Shown here in pieces: positions 1 through 18,001 of a stretch of 64,000 bases of DNA (its first letter is position 1; every line of letters starts with the position of its first letter). The position numbers and the translations under genes were made by a program. The notes beneath the pieces are model-generated. The model made no database searches. It saw nothing but the letters and a program-made list of their open reading frames with translations, and was not told where the DNA came from. Source of the stretch: Vulcanimicrobiota bacterium (GTDB lineage: Bacteria; Vulcanimicrobiota; Vulcanimicrobiia; Vulcanimicrobiales; Vulcanimicrobiaceae); assembly GCA_003135555.1 (NCBI GenBank), contig PLCF01000085.1, positions 32,001 through 96,000 on the forward strand. The letters run 5' to 3'.

Positions 1-2
1 GC

Positions 3-1673
<1,671 letters not shown>

Positions 1674-1701
1674 CTCAGTGGCACCATGGGCCGGTGCCGA
1701 A

Positions 1702-1929
1702 TTAGAGGAGGCGTCGCAAGTCTTCGACGTCCAGGCCTGCGCGCGCGAGGATCGCGCGTAGGGTCCCGATCGGGACGTCACGTTTGCCGTGCACGGGGAT
1801 CGATGCGAAGCGGCCATCGTCGTGCTCGAGGATGACGTGCGAACCGCTTTGACGCGCGACGGCGAAACCGGCGCGCTGCAAGGCGCGGACGAGAGCCGGC
1901 CCGCTGGCGGCGGGCATCTTAAGGCTCAC
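1702..1929 (-). CDS. hicA: HicA-family mRNA interferase toxin
   Basis: 75 aa with GF...RQSGSHVIL..H and VPIGTLRAIL motifs. Confidence 0.9.
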   Translation of the reverse strand: MSLKMPAASGPALVRALQRAGFAVARQSGSHVILEHDDGRFASIPVHGKRDVPIGTLRAILARAGLDVEDLRRLL

Positions 1930-1940
1930 GTTGCGGCGTG

Positions 1941-2174
1941 CTATGCGGCGACGCTGACGATTTCGAGCCTGGCGCCATCGGCGTCAGGCTCGGGGACCTC
2001 GAGGCCTCGCTCGCGGCGGTACTCCACCGAAAGCCGGATGGCGTCTTCGGCCATGCGAAGCGCATCGTCCCGGTCTGTCCCGTAGGTTTGAATCTCGGGG
2101 AACGCCGGCACGACGACGCGGACGAGATCATCGTCGGGTTCAAGGAGCACGGCGTACCGAAGCAGGTCAGCCAT
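1941..2174 (-). CDS. hicB: HicB-family antitoxin (short, 77 aa)
   Basis: VVVPAFPEIQTYGTDRDDALRMAEDAI...GLEVP; ATG at 2174; directly upstream of hicA. Confidence 0.88.
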   Translation of the reverse strand: MADLLRYAVLLEPDDDLVRVVVPAFPEIQTYGTDRDDALRMAEDAIRLSVEYRRERGLEVPEPDADGARLEIVSVAA

Positions 2175-2265
2175 GAGACCTGGATTCGACGGCAATGCTG
2201 CCATCCCCGGTCCGTTCGCAGCGAGGGCGCGGGGTTGCTGGGGCCGGGTCGAACGACGACGCACC

Positions 2266-2415
2266 ATGATTACACCCGACCAAGAGATCCAGCTCAAGCA
2301 GATCGCCGCGCAACTCGTCGGCTCGATGCTCGACAACCACAACGGCGACTGGGACGACAAGGAGACGGCGAAAGCGTTCTTGACGATCTACCAAGCCGTC
2401 AAGAACGCAATGTAA
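2266..2415 (+). CDS. Small hypothetical protein (49 aa)
   Basis: MITPDQEIQLKQIAAQLVGSMLD...; GC-rich third positions; fills the gap between two minus-strand genes. Confidence 0.6.
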   Translation: MITPDQEIQLKQIAAQLVGSMLDNHNGDWDDKETAKAFLTIYQAVKNAM

Positions 2416-2429
2416 CAGCCTTCGGCCCG

Positions 2430-3266
2430 TTACCCCCGGCGCTCGAGCAGCGCGTTGGCGTCGGCGTACGAGACGCTGGGCTCACGGGTGAAGGAGAACG
2501 TGCCGCTGTCGCGCAGTTCGTGCGCGATCTCGCGCAGCACCCCCAGCGTGCGGCGCATCACCGACGAACCGACGCTGACGCGCCGTACGCCGAGGCGCTG
2601 CAGCGCGGCTGCGTCAGGGATGGTCGGCCCGGCCAGGACGTTGAGCGGCAGCGCTACCGAAGCAGCGATCCGGCGAATCGTCTCGGCATCGGCGATGCCC
2701 GGCACGAAGACGCCGTCGGCGCCCGCTTTGGCGTATGCGCGCAGGCGTTCCACCGTTGCCTCGAAGCGCTTCGCTGGCGATCCGATGTGCGCGAGATAGA
2801 TGTCGGTTCGCGCGTTGAGGAACACGTCTGGCGCGGCTTCCTTCGCCGCCGCGACGCGCTCCGCCGCCTGCTCGATCGGAAAGACCTCGCTCTCGTACAG
2901 CCCGTCCTCGAGGTTGTAGCCGGCGACGCCGGTCTGTGCGAGCCGCCGCACGAACTGCCCCAGCGACGCGGTGTCGGGAGCGTAGCCGCTTTCGATGTCG
3001 GCTGAGAGTGGCACGTCGAGCGCGTGCACGATGCGCTCGAGCGTCGCGAGGTGCAACTCGATGTCGAGGACGTTTCCGTCTGCGTACCCCAGCGAGTTCG
3101 CCAGCCCCGCGCTCGACGTCGCGACCGCGGGAAAGCCGGCGTCTTCGTAGACGCGGGCCGAGATGACGTCCCAGGCGTTGGGCAGGACGAGAATCGCCGG
3201 CCCCTCGTGCAAGGCCCGAAAGGCGCGCCGCCGCTCGGCCGTCGTCGTCTGATCGAACCCAACCAT
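2430..3266 (-). CDS. Isocitrate lyase/PEP mutase family protein
   Basis: LPNAWD, ATSSAG, ADIESGY, NLEDG, NARTD motifs; GGAGG-like RBS before ATG 3266. Confidence 0.92.
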   Translation of the reverse strand: MVGFDQTTTAERRRAFRALHEGPAILVLPNAWDVISARVYEDAGFPAVATSSAGLANSLGYADGNVLDIELHLATLERIVHALDVPLSADIESGYAPDTASLGQFVRRLAQTGVAGYNLEDGLYESEVFPIEQAAERVAAAKEAAPDVFLNARTDIYLAHIGSPAKRFEATVERLRAYAKAGADGVFVPGIADAETIRRIAASVALPLNVLAGPTIPDAAALQRLGVRRVSVGSSVMRRTLGVLREIAHELRDSGTFSFTREPSVSYADANALLERRG

Positions 3267-3267
3267 C

Positions 3268-8113
<4,846 letters not shown>

Positions 8114-8114
<1 letters not shown>

Positions 8115-8476
8115 CAGCCTTCGAGCACCACGACGGCCGCCGCCGTCGTCGCCGTATGGGTGATCGTGAGATGGATGGCGCGCACGCCGCGCTGCTCGAG
8201 CAGCTTTTCGTAGCCGCCGTAGAGGCGAATCACCGGGCGTCCGCTGCGCTCGTGCGAGACGCCGACCGACTTCCATGGGATCGCGTGACCGAAGGCCTTG
8301 CGCGTCGCCTCCTTCGCGGCGAAGAAGCCTGCCAGCCGCTCCGCCCAGTGGCGTTTGCGCATCGCGTACGCCATCTCTTCGTCGGTGTAGACCTTGCGGG
8401 CGAAGCGCGCGCGCGTCGTCTCGTCGAACGCGTAGCGTTCCACCTCGGCGAGGTCGAGGCCGATCCCGACGATCAT
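8114..8476 (-). CDS. acpS: Holo-ACP synthase
   Basis: MIVGIGLD, FAAKEA, LTITH. Confidence 0.95.
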
Positions 8477-8542
8477 GCTGCGGCCTTCGACCGACGCAGC
8501 GCCAGGACCGCGCGACGCGCGGACCGAAGCCGTGGTACCGGC

Positions 8543-9079
8543 GTGCGCGAGATCAGCATCGTTCCGATCAATGCGATCGACGCAGGATTGCTCACCCGGC
8601 TTGCTTTGTGCCTGGAGGAGCGGTTCCTCGCGACGGCGGCCGTGCGTGCCTCGCTTGCCGTCCCCAAAGGCGCCCTCAATAGCACGCGCGGCCAACTGTT
8701 CTTCGGCTCGCTGGTCGGGCGCCTGACCTCCGCCTACGAAACGCGCGAGGAACTCGTGCTCGGCGTGACCGAGTTCGACCTCTACAAGACGTCGCATCAG
8801 TTCGTCTTTGGATCCTCCAGCGAGACGCAACGCTGCGCGGCGGTGTCGTTGCACCGGCTGCGCTCGGAGTTTTACGGCGACCCGCCCGACGAGAACGCGC
8901 TGTTTCAGCGGCTCTTGAAGGAAAGCGTCCACGAGATCGGCCACGCCCTGGGCCTGCGCCATTGCTACAACGCGCGCTGCGCGATGTACTATTCGGACTC
9001 GGTCTTCGACACCGACAACAAGTACTCGCACTTCTGCGAGACCTGCGAGCGACGCAGCCGAGCGAACCGCCCCGCCTAA
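8543..9079 (+). CDS. Archaemetzincin-family zinc metalloprotease (M54)
   Basis: HEIGHALGLRHC...CAM...FCETC. Confidence 0.9.
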   Translation: MREISIVPINAIDAGLLTRLALCLEERFLATAAVRASLAVPKGALNSTRGQLFFGSLVGRLTSAYETREELVLGVTEFDLYKTSHQFVFGSSSETQRCAAVSLHRLRSEFYGDPPDENALFQRLLKESVHEIGHALGLRHCYNARCAMYYSDSVFDTDNKYSHFCETCERRSRANRPA

Positions 9080-9136
9080 GCGCCTCCTTGGCCTCAAGGG
9101 CGGTCCGCCGTCGTCCGATGCCTGAAAGGACGGAGC

Positions 9137-10708
9137 GTGCGGTGGGCACGTCTCCGATCTCATCCGCTCGTCAGCGAGGGCTCGTTGAGACCGATCCTGG
9201 ACCGTCTGCTCGCCTTGCGCCGCCGCGCCCCGGCCGGAGTGCGCGCCGCCATGGCCGCCGTGGTGCTGGCGGGGCTGGGTGGACTGGCAGCGCTCCTGGA
9301 GCGTGGTGCGGGCGGGACCCCAGGCTCGCTGGCCGCCGGGCTGGGCTTAGCCGCGTGCGGCTTCGTGCTGGTGGTCTGGCTCTGCGACGCCCCGGCCGGC
9401 GGTCCGGCCGCTGATCCTCGGGCGGTCGTGCCGGCCGCCGAAGGCGGGGCCCTCGCGCTGCTCGGCGCCGAGCTGCGGGAGGTCGCGGCCGGAGATCTGA
9501 CCCGGGAATGCACGGTCTCCGAAGGCCCGGTGGCCCAACTCGCGGCCGGACTCAACACGTTCGTCGGCGGGGTCCACGGTTTCGTCGCCGGGATGCGCCA
9601 CGAGGCCGAGCGGCTCGGGGCCGCCGGCTCCGACTTGCACGGTACCGCCGAGTCGTCGCTGGCCGTGATCGAGGGCGGCGCGATCGCCCAAAAACAGCTC
9701 GAGGACGGCATCGTCGAGCAGTCGCGGATCGTCGAAGGCGCGCTGTTCAAGGTGCGCGCGATGACCGACGCGATCACCGAGCTCGCCGGGTCGGCCCAGC
9801 AGCAGACCCGCTCGCTCGACGAGACGGCGATCGACGTCTCGGCGATGTCGGCATCGATCGAAGAAGTCTCGGCTCAGGTCGAGTCGCTGCTCGCCATCTC
9901 GTCGCAGACCACGCAGACCGCCGATCGCGGCGGCGCCGCGATCCACACCATCGTCGACGCGATGGCGACGATCCGCTCGACGATCGAGGACCTGGGCGGC
10001 GACATCCGCCGCCTGGGCGCAAACTCCGACCAGATCGGCGACATCGTCAAAGTCATCGACCGCATCGCCGAGCAGACGAATTTGCTGGCGCTCAACGCCG
10101 CAATCGAAGCCGCCCGCGCGGGCGAGCACGGCCGCGGTTTCGCGGTGGTAGCGTCGGAGATCCGCAAACTCGCCGACGGCAGCGTCCAGGCGACCAAAGA
10201 GATCGCCGGACACATCGGGTCCACGCAGTCGGTCATCGCCCAGGTCACCGAGGCGATGTCGCGGCTCACCGATCGCCTCGAGGCCAGCGTTTCGTCCACC
10301 GACAGCGCGTCGGACGCGCTGCGCGAGATCGTCGCCGCGGTCAAGGACGCGAACCAGCAGATCGGGCAGATCAGCGCCGTCACCCGCTCGATGTCCGAGA
10401 ACACGTTCCGCGTGATCCGCTCGATCGAGGAGATCGCACGGTCGGTCAATGCGAACCTCGCGGCGACCAAACAGATGGCGTCGCACTCCGGCGAGGTGTC
10501 GAGCGCCTTCGATTCCATCACGGCGATTTCGTCACAGAACGCGTCGTCGGTCGAAGTTCTCACCTACGTCAACGCCGAGGTCACGTCGGCCGCGCAGCGC
10601 ATTCTGGGTTCCGTCGATGAGATGAACCAGCACGCATCCGCGATCGACGGCCGGCTCGGCCGCTACACCACCATCGACGACAAGATCACCCAGGAGATCG
10701 TGGTATGA
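9137..10708 (+). CDS. Methyl-accepting chemotaxis protein (start uncertain)
   Basis: [37 protein letters not shown]; two N-terminal hydrophobic segments and a HAMP-like region. Confidence 0.92.
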   Translation: MRWARLRSHPLVSEGSLRPILDRLLALRRRAPAGVRAAMAAVVLAGLGGLAALLERGAGGTPGSLAAGLGLAACGFVLVVWLCDAPAGGPAADPRAVVPAAEGGALALLGAELREVAAGDLTRECTVSEGPVAQLAAGLNTFVGGVHGFVAGMRHEAERLGAAGSDLHGTAESSLAVIEGGAIAQKQLEDGIVEQSRIVEGALFKVRAMTDAITELAGSAQQQTRSLDETAIDVSAMSASIEEVSAQVESLLAISSQTTQTADRGGAAIHTIVDAMATIRSTIEDLGGDIRRLGANSDQIGDIVKVIDRIAEQTNLLALNAAIEAARAGEHGRGFAVVASEIRKLADGSVQATKEIAGHIGSTQSVIAQVTEAMSRLTDRLEASVSSTDSASDALREIVAAVKDANQQIGQISAVTRSMSENTFRVIRSIEEIARSVNANLAATKQMASHSGEVSSAFDSITAISSQNASSVEVLTYVNAEVTSAAQRILGSVDEMNQHASAIDGRLGRYTTIDDKITQEIVV

Positions 10709-12057
10709 AGCTCGGGTTGCGCACGAAACTCATCGGTACCCTCGTCGGGGCCATCGTCATCTCGTCGGCGATCGGCGCGATCGCCGCGCGCCAGACGATG
10801 GCGACCGACCTCAACGGGCTCGCGACCCAGCAGGTCGGTAGCGGTGCTACCGGTTACGCCGGCTATTGGGACGCCAAGCGCGACCTGGTGAAGCTCCTCG
10901 TCGGCCAAGCCGCGATCAATGAGACGATCCGACGCGGCACCGCCGCGCACGCGCGCAACCTCGACGGTACGCTGACCGAGATCGCGCACCAGGGCGGGCT
11001 CTCGTTCCTCACCATCGTCGACGCGCGCGGCTACGTCGTCGCTCGCGCGACCGGCGGGAAGCCGGGGATGAAGCATCCCTCGCCGCTCGTGAAGCGCGCG
11101 CTGCTGGGCGAGACCGTCCGGACCGCCGCGCGAATCCCGCACGACGAGCTGTTGCCCGAGTTCCTCGAACCGCAGATCGAGTCCACCACCCCGGGCCGCG
11201 AAGGTCTCGTCGAAGGATTGGGGATCGTCTCGGCGGTTCCGATCTCCGACGCCAACGGCCGCACGATCGGCGCGGCCTACGGCGGGATCGTCATAGACCA
11301 CTACTACGACGTCGTCGACCAAGCCGCGCAGGCACTGGGCGGCAAAGCCGCGGTGATCTTCCAAGGCGAGCTCATCTCCAGCTCGCTGACACGGCGCGAC
11401 GGGACCCGGCTCGTGGACGATTCGGCCAGCGACCGCGTCAAGGACCTCACCACGCCCTTCTACGGCACCGACCTCGAAGGCGGCGTCGAGTACCTGGTGC
11501 GCGTCGAGCCGATCTTAGACGATCAGATGCACGTCGTCGCGTCGCGCTGGTTCGGCGTCCCGCTCGCGACCTTTACGCGTATCCAAGAGCACACGCTCGT
11601 TTCGATGCTCGGCTGGAGCATCGTCGGAATCCTGATCGGTCTCGCGATCGCGCTGCCGGTCGTCGGAAGGATCGCCCGCGATCTCGTCGCGCGCAGCCGC
11701 CAGGTGCGTACCTCGGCCCGCGAGCTTTCCGTGGTCATCGTCGGCAGCGAGGTGTCGGGCGATCACGTCGCGCAGACGCGCGCCGCCGTCGAGCGCCAGG
11801 GCGAGCTGCTCATGCAGGCGGCGACCGAAACACATCCTGAAGAGTCTGCACACCGCGTCGCCACGGCGACCGTCCGCGGCGTTTCGGAGAAGATCCTCGC
11901 GGCCTCGGCGCTCAACGCGGAGATCCTGGGCGACGTCGTCGTGATCGACACGTTGGCATCGGAGATGGCCGAGCGGACGCAGCAAGCGGTCGCGCGCGTG
12001 AACGAGCTCAACGACGTGGCGGTCGGTCTCGACGAATTGGTGAACGGCGCGAAGTGA
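10705..12057 (+). CDS. Cache-type sensor membrane protein with short coiled-coil tail
   Basis: TM1, periplasmic region ([13 protein letters not shown]...SAVPISD), TM2, helical C-terminus; ATGA overlap with the MCP gene. Confidence 0.75.
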   Translation: MKLGLRTKLIGTLVGAIVISSAIGAIAARQTMATDLNGLATQQVGSGATGYAGYWDAKRDLVKLLVGQAAINETIRRGTAAHARNLDGTLTEIAHQGGLSFLTIVDARGYVVARATGGKPGMKHPSPLVKRALLGETVRTAARIPHDELLPEFLEPQIESTTPGREGLVEGLGIVSAVPISDANGRTIGAAYGGIVIDHYYDVVDQAAQALGGKAAVIFQGELISSSLTRRDGTRLVDDSASDRVKDLTTPFYGTDLEGGVEYLVRVEPILDDQMHVVASRWFGVPLATFTRIQEHTLVSMLGWSIVGILIGLAIALPVVGRIARDLVARSRQVRTSARELSVVIVGSEVSGDHVAQTRAAVERQGELLMQAATETHPEESAHRVATATVRGVSEKILAASALNAEILGDVVVIDTLASEMAERTQQAVARVNELNDVAVGLDELVNGAK

Positions 12058-12063
12058 GACGCG

Positions 12064-12279
12064 ATGGCTGACGTCCTGTTGTACTTCGCGTCCAACGCCG
12101 AGACCATGATCGCGACCAAAGCGCTCAAAGACGGCGGCGTCGCCGCGAAGATGATTCCGAAGCCGGCGCACGTTATCGCCTCGGCGAACCTCGCCCTGAG
12201 CGTCGATCCGTCGTTCGAGGCGACCGCGATCGCCGTGCTCGGCAAAGCGAACGTCGCCCTGGGCGGCGTGGTCAAGTAG
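12064..12279 (+). CDS. DUF3343-like small protein
   Basis: LLYFASN...ALK..G...KMIPKP...I pattern, 71 aa. Confidence 0.65.
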   Translation: MADVLLYFASNAETMIATKALKDGGVAAKMIPKPAHVIASANLALSVDPSFEATAIAVLGKANVALGGVVK

Positions 12280-12290
12280 CGGGCAGCGCC

Positions 12291-13127
12291 TCAGCGCACG
12301 ACGCGGGCGTCGGCGAGGTGAACGACCCGTTCGCGCCCCGCGACGTCGACGACGAGGCCGCCGTCGCGGTCCAATCGCAGCGCCGAGCCTTCGAGCACCG
12401 AGCCGTCGGCATCGAGCTGCAAGCGGTAGGGCGTACCGCGCAGCGCGGCGCGCTCTTCCCAGGCGCGCCCAACGTCGTTGGGACGATCGAGCACGTCGGC
12501 CAGCGCGTCCATCGCCGCGAGGATCCCCGCGAGTATCGCTTCACGCTCGGCGTGTAGCGCCGCGTCGGAGAGAAACGCCGGCGGCGGATCGATTTCGGCC
12601 AGCGTGCGTGCCTGCTCCGAGCCGGTTGCGGGCCGGCGCACGTTGAGCCCGATGCCGCAGCCGACGTGCGCGGTCGCGCCGAGCACGCGCGACGTGCACA
12701 AGATTCCCGCGGCCTTGCGAGAGGCGAGATCGAGGTCGTTGGGCCAGCGCAGATCCAGCCGCACGCCGCATCCTTCCTCGACGCCGTCGGCGACGGCCAA
12801 CGCGGTCCAAAACGGGACGCACCACAGCGCGTCGGTCGCCACCGCCGCCGGCAAGATGGTCGTGAACGTCAGCGCGCACCCGGCCGGCGCGTGCCAGCGC
12901 CGCCCGGACTTGCGGCCGCGCCCCGCCGTCTGAAACTCGGCGACCAACGTCGCACCGGCCGCCGACGGATCGCCCAGCAGCGCCGCCGCGTCGTCGTTGG
13001 TGCTGCCGGTCGTGCGTACGTAGCGGACCTCGGCGAGACGCGTGCCGCCGAGCGCAGCGCGCACGCGCGCGGCGTCCAGGAACCCCGACCCATCGCGTCC
13101 GCACGGAGGTGCGTCATCGTCCGGCAC
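12291..13127 (-). CDS. birA: Biotin-protein ligase (no HTH)
   Basis: TGSTN, AEFQTAGRGR, RWPND, KAAGIL, GIGLN; start uncertain. Confidence 0.92.
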   Translation of the reverse strand: MPDDDAPPCGRDGSGFLDAARVRAALGGTRLAEVRYVRTTGSTNDDAAALLGDPSAAGATLVAEFQTAGRGRKSGRRWHAPAGCALTFTTILPAAVATDALWCVPFWTALAVADGVEEGCGVRLDLRWPNDLDLASRKAAGILCTSRVLGATAHVGCGIGLNVRRPATGSEQARTLAEIDPPPAFLSDAALHAEREAILAGILAAMDALADVLDRPNDVGRAWEERAALRGTPYRLQLDADGSVLEGSALRLDRDGGLVVDVAGRERVVHLADARVVR

Positions 13128-13143
13128 GTATAGCCCCTCCGCT

Positions 13144-13599
13144 ATGGCAGTCGAACGGACCTTGATTCTCGCCAAAGGAGACGCGCTCGTGCGCGGCCTC
13201 GTCGGCGAGATCCTCGCGCGCTACGAGCGGCGCGGCTACACGATCCTGGGACTCAAGCTCATGCAGGTCAGCCGGGATCAGGCGCAGCGCCACTACGCCG
13301 AGCACGAGGGGAAGCCGTTCTTCGCGGGCTTGGTCGACTACATCACCGCGACGCCGGTCGTCGCGCTGGTGGTCGAGGGCCACGACGCTATCGAAGGCTG
13401 CCGCGCAACCAACGGCGCGACGAATCCGATCAAGGCCACGCCGGGGACCGTTCGCGGCGACTTCGGGCAGACCGTCGGGCGCAATCTCGTCCACGCCTCG
13501 GACTCCCCCGCCGCAGCCGAGCGTGAGGTCGCGATCTTCTTTCACGACGCCGAGCTGTTCACGCGCGCGCACGCGCTCGCGGCCTGGCTCGCCGAGTAG
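13144..13599 (+). CDS. ndk: Nucleoside diphosphate kinase
   Basis: ERTLIL, HYAEHEGKPFF, GATNP, RNLVHASDS. Confidence 0.97.
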   Translation: MAVERTLILAKGDALVRGLVGEILARYERRGYTILGLKLMQVSRDQAQRHYAEHEGKPFFAGLVDYITATPVVALVVEGHDAIEGCRATNGATNPIKATPGTVRGDFGQTVGRNLVHASDSPAAAEREVAIFFHDAELFTRAHALAAWLAE

Positions 13600-14937
<1,338 letters not shown>

Positions 14938-14944
14938 GGGCTAC

Positions 14945-15016
14945 GGGCCCGTAGCTCAGCGGTAGAGCAGCCGGCTCATAACTGGTCGCGCGCTGGTTCG
15001 AATCCAGCCGGGCCCA
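14945..15016 (+). tRNA. tRNA with CAT anticodon, probably tRNA-Ile2 (lysidine type); CCA not encoded
   Basis: GGGCCCG/CGGGCCC acceptor stem, CTCATAA loop, TTCGAAT T-loop; Ile2 rather than Met inferred from acceptor and loop resemblance. Confidence 0.9.
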
Positions 15017-15033
15017 CGAGCATCGCCTGTCGG

Positions 15034-15108
15034 GGCGCCATAGTCTATCGGTTAGGACGCCGCCCTTTCAAGGCGGAGAGACGGGTTCAATTCCCGTTGG
15101 CGCTACCA
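15034..15108 (+). tRNA. tRNA-Glu(TTC)
   Basis: GGCGCCA/TGGCGCT stem, CCGCC-CTTTCAA-GGCGG arm, encoded CCA. Confidence 0.95.
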
Positions 15109-15112
15109 AACG

Positions 15113-15140
15113 AAGACCCCGTCGCAAGACGGGGTCTTTT
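15113..15140 (+). terminator. Intrinsic terminator after the tRNA pair
   Basis: AAGACCCCGTC-GCAA-GACGGGGTCTT followed by T run. Confidence 0.9.
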
Positions 15141-15206
15141 CTCGGGTCGCGGGCGGGCCGGGTTAGGCAGCCGTGGCAGCGAAATCGCCGCTATGGAACG
15201 GTTCGT

Positions 15207-16202
15207 GTGAGCCCGACCGGATTCGGCGCGAGCAATCCGCGAGCGTCAGTCGTCATGTGCGTTTACAAGGATCTGCGCTTTCTGGGTGAAGCGGTCGGCA
15301 GCATCCTGCAGCAGCATTTCAGCGACTTCGAGTTCATCATCGTCGATGACGGAACGGGCGACGAGACGGTCCAAAGACTCGCGATGCGAGACCCGCGCAT
15401 CAAGGTCGTGGTCAACGAGCGGAACGTAGGCGCAGCCGCTGCGAGCAATCGAGGGATCGCGGAAGCGCAATCCGACATCATCGTTCGCCTGGACGCCGAC
15501 GACGTGGCGGAGCCGACGCATATCGGACGGCTGGTAGCGGACCTGGAGCGAGATCCCGACCTCGGCTTAGTCGGAAGTTCCGTCCGATTCATCGATGAGG
15601 AAGGGCGCCTCCTGGGCGCACAGGGCATGCCCGAAACCGATGTCGACGTGCGGTGGACAATTCTGTTTCACAATCCGTTCTACCACTCGTCGGTCGCCTT
15701 TCGCCGAAGCTGTTTCGAAGCAGCAGGCCCATACAAGGAAAGCGAACTGATCTCCCACGATCATTTCCTCTGGTTTAGTATGCTGGATGTTTGTCGGGCG
15801 CACAACATTGCGGAGCCTCTCTTGCGGTACCGAATAAACCCGCGCGGGCTTACGGGGCAACCTTCGAAGAACCCGCGGGGAAGGACCCATGCCATCCGTG
15901 AAAAGCTGTGGGCGCGTCTGGGGTTGAACTACGATCTGTACGACAATGTCCTCGCCGCGGATATTAGTGGGGTTTTGCGGGGCAACGACATCGAGCCGCT
16001 GCGGCGCGGTCCCGCATACGATCGTATGCTGACGGTGTTACTGCGGTTTGCGGCGATGATGCAACCGCTAGCGCGCGACGAGGACCGCGCCTCGCTGCGT
16101 CGGCTGACTCGGGGTTTGGCCTCACGCGTGCTCGACAGCCCTCCTGCCTTGCCTCACGAGCTGGATCGAGTCATGCGTCTGTGCTCCGCATTGGAGTTGT
16201 AG
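15207..16202 (+). CDS. Glycosyltransferase family 2
   Basis: SVVMCVY, EFIIVDDG, RLDADD, HSSVAFRR. Confidence 0.92.
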   Translation: MSPTGFGASNPRASVVMCVYKDLRFLGEAVGSILQQHFSDFEFIIVDDGTGDETVQRLAMRDPRIKVVVNERNVGAAAASNRGIAEAQSDIIVRLDADDVAEPTHIGRLVADLERDPDLGLVGSSVRFIDEEGRLLGAQGMPETDVDVRWTILFHNPFYHSSVAFRRSCFEAAGPYKESELISHDHFLWFSMLDVCRAHNIAEPLLRYRINPRGLTGQPSKNPRGRTHAIREKLWARLGLNYDLYDNVLAADISGVLRGNDIEPLRRGPAYDRMLTVLLRFAAMMQPLARDEDRASLRRLTRGLASRVLDSPPALPHELDRVMRLCSALEL

Positions 16203-17343
16203 CGGTGCTGCTCAGCCAAGCGATCACGTCGTCGCCGATTCCGAGCACGCGCATGCGGTTCAGCAGCTCGTCACGGTATGCGGCGCCGAGCAGCCAGTGA
16301 TAGTGAAGCAGGACGATGTCGAGCTTCGGCCAACGGAGCTCCCCGTCGCTATCCGTGATCAGGTTCAGCGGCACGTTGTAACGCTCGTCGTACACCAGAA
16401 CGTCGCGGGTGCTCGCATGGATCGCCACGCTCATCGCGGCTTGGCTGGAACCCCACCATTCGCTCGCGTCGAGGCCGACATGACCCGTCGATGCAAAAAC
16501 GGAGACTCCGCTATCGCGTAGCGGCCGCAGGTCGTGCAAGCGGGACTCCTCGAACACGCGACGCACTTCGCGGAAGATACCGAGCGAGCGCCGCGCGATG
16601 CAAAACCCGCCGTTGTAGCTGGCGCGGAGCCGGGTGCCTTCGATGGATGCCGTCACGTACGGCAGCGCGTCCGGCGAGATGCCGGCGATCTCGCTCATCG
16701 AGGACCAGTAGGGGTCGAGCGGGTCCCCGATCCCGGTTGACGCCGAGCCCTTCATGTCGACGGGGCGGACGCCCACGTCCGCGCGGCGGAACGACGGCGC
16801 GCGGACGAAGAGCATGTCGGAATCGAGCAGGACGATGTATGCAGTGTCGAGGTGCGACTCCGCCCAGCTGCCCGTCACGATGCGGTTGATCGTCAGATAG
16901 GGGCTGCCGGTCTCGTTGAGCGGCTCACAGACGTAGCGGCAGCCAAGGTCTGCCAGCCGACGCTCGCTGTGTGCCGAGATGGGATGGATCGGACGCGGAT
17001 TGACCGCGACGATCGGGGAGGTCGCGTAGACGCCTCCGAAACGCCGGATGCTCGCGCACAACACCAAAGCCTGCGCCTCGATCGCGGTACCTTCGATGCA
17101 GCAGACGAACGTGATCTCGTGCGGCTCGATCTCGTCTGACGGCATCAGCTTCACAGCCGGGTCGCAGAGCACGGACCGCGCGTCGCTGCCGAGGCCGCGC
17201 AAGACGGGCTCCCGGGCGTACACGCTGACGAGCAGATCGAGGTCCCAGCCGCGGCGCCGGGATTCATCGACGAGCCCCAGGCCCTCGTAGTACCGGTGCC
17301 CCCCGAAGGTGCTGAGGCGGTGATGCAGCGCGCCGAGTCTCAC
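16171..17343 (-). CDS. Hypothetical GT-A-fold glycosyltransferase-like protein (start uncertain)
   Basis: LLDSDMLF (DxD), YNGGF, YNVPL, LLHYH; 3' end overlaps the GT2 gene. Confidence 0.65.
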   Translation of the reverse strand: MRLGALHHRLSTFGGHRYYEGLGLVDESRRRGWDLDLLVSVYAREPVLRGLGSDARSVLCDPAVKLMPSDEIEPHEITFVCCIEGTAIEAQALVLCASIRRFGGVYATSPIVAVNPRPIHPISAHSERRLADLGCRYVCEPLNETGSPYLTINRIVTGSWAESHLDTAYIVLLDSDMLFVRAPSFRRADVGVRPVDMKGSASTGIGDPLDPYWSSMSEIAGISPDALPYVTASIEGTRLRASYNGGFCIARRSLGIFREVRRVFEESRLHDLRPLRDSGVSVFASTGHVGLDASEWWGSSQAAMSVAIHASTRDVLVYDERYNVPLNLITDSDGELRWPKLDIVLLHYHWLLGAAYRDELLNRMRVLGIGDDVIAWLSSTATTPMRSTDA

Positions 17344-17397
17344 GGTTGGCGGATTCGGCGCTCCGGATAGTGAAGTCCGTTCAATGGCTAGTAGCAA

Positions 17398-17997
17398 ATG
17401 AACCGGGCGCTGATCGTCGTGGGCGGCCTCGTCATCATCGTATTGATCGTGGTGATGGCGCTGGCCGGTACCTATAACCGATTGGTCACGCTCGACCAGG
17501 CGGTCCAGTCACAGTGGGCGCAAGTCGAGAGCGTCTATCAGCGACGCGCCGATCTGATCCCAAATCTCGTCGCGACGGTCAAGGGCGCCGCGAACTTCGA
17601 GAAGAGCACGTACGTCGCCGTCGCGGAGGCGCGCTCGAAGGTAGGTCAGCTCAACCTTGGGAGCGGGGTGCCGAACGACCCCGCCGCGTTCGCGAAGTTC
17701 ACCGCCGCGCAGGACGGCCTCTCGTCGGCCTTGTCGCACCTGCTGGCGGTCGTCGAGAACTATCCCGACCTCAAAGCGACCCAGAACTTTGCGGATCTTC
17801 AAGCGCAGCTCGAAGGGACGGAAAACCGGATCGCCGTCGAGCGAATGCGCTTCAACCAGGCCGCTCAGGCGTTCAATACCACGCGCGACACGTTCCCAAC
17901 CGTGCTCGTCGCGGGCTTGTTCGGGTCGCGCTTCAACGAGAAGGCGTATTTCAAATCGCAGCCGGGTTCCGAGACCGCTCCACAGGTGAAGCTCTAG
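17398..17997 (+). CDS. lemA: LemA family protein
   Basis: N-terminal TM, YQRRADLIPNLV, ENYPDLKA, LEGTENRI. Confidence 0.95.
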   Translation: MNRALIVVGGLVIIVLIVVMALAGTYNRLVTLDQAVQSQWAQVESVYQRRADLIPNLVATVKGAANFEKSTYVAVAEARSKVGQLNLGSGVPNDPAAFAKFTAAQDGLSSALSHLLAVVENYPDLKATQNFADLQAQLEGTENRIAVERMRFNQAAQAFNTTRDTFPTVLVAGLFGSRFNEKAYFKSQPGSETAPQVKL

Positions 17998-18001
17998 CCG
18001 G

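Noticed and set aside
15177..15188. CAGCGAAATCGC matching unit 1 in reverse
   Set aside because: Isolated 12-mer without the terminal box or the spacing.
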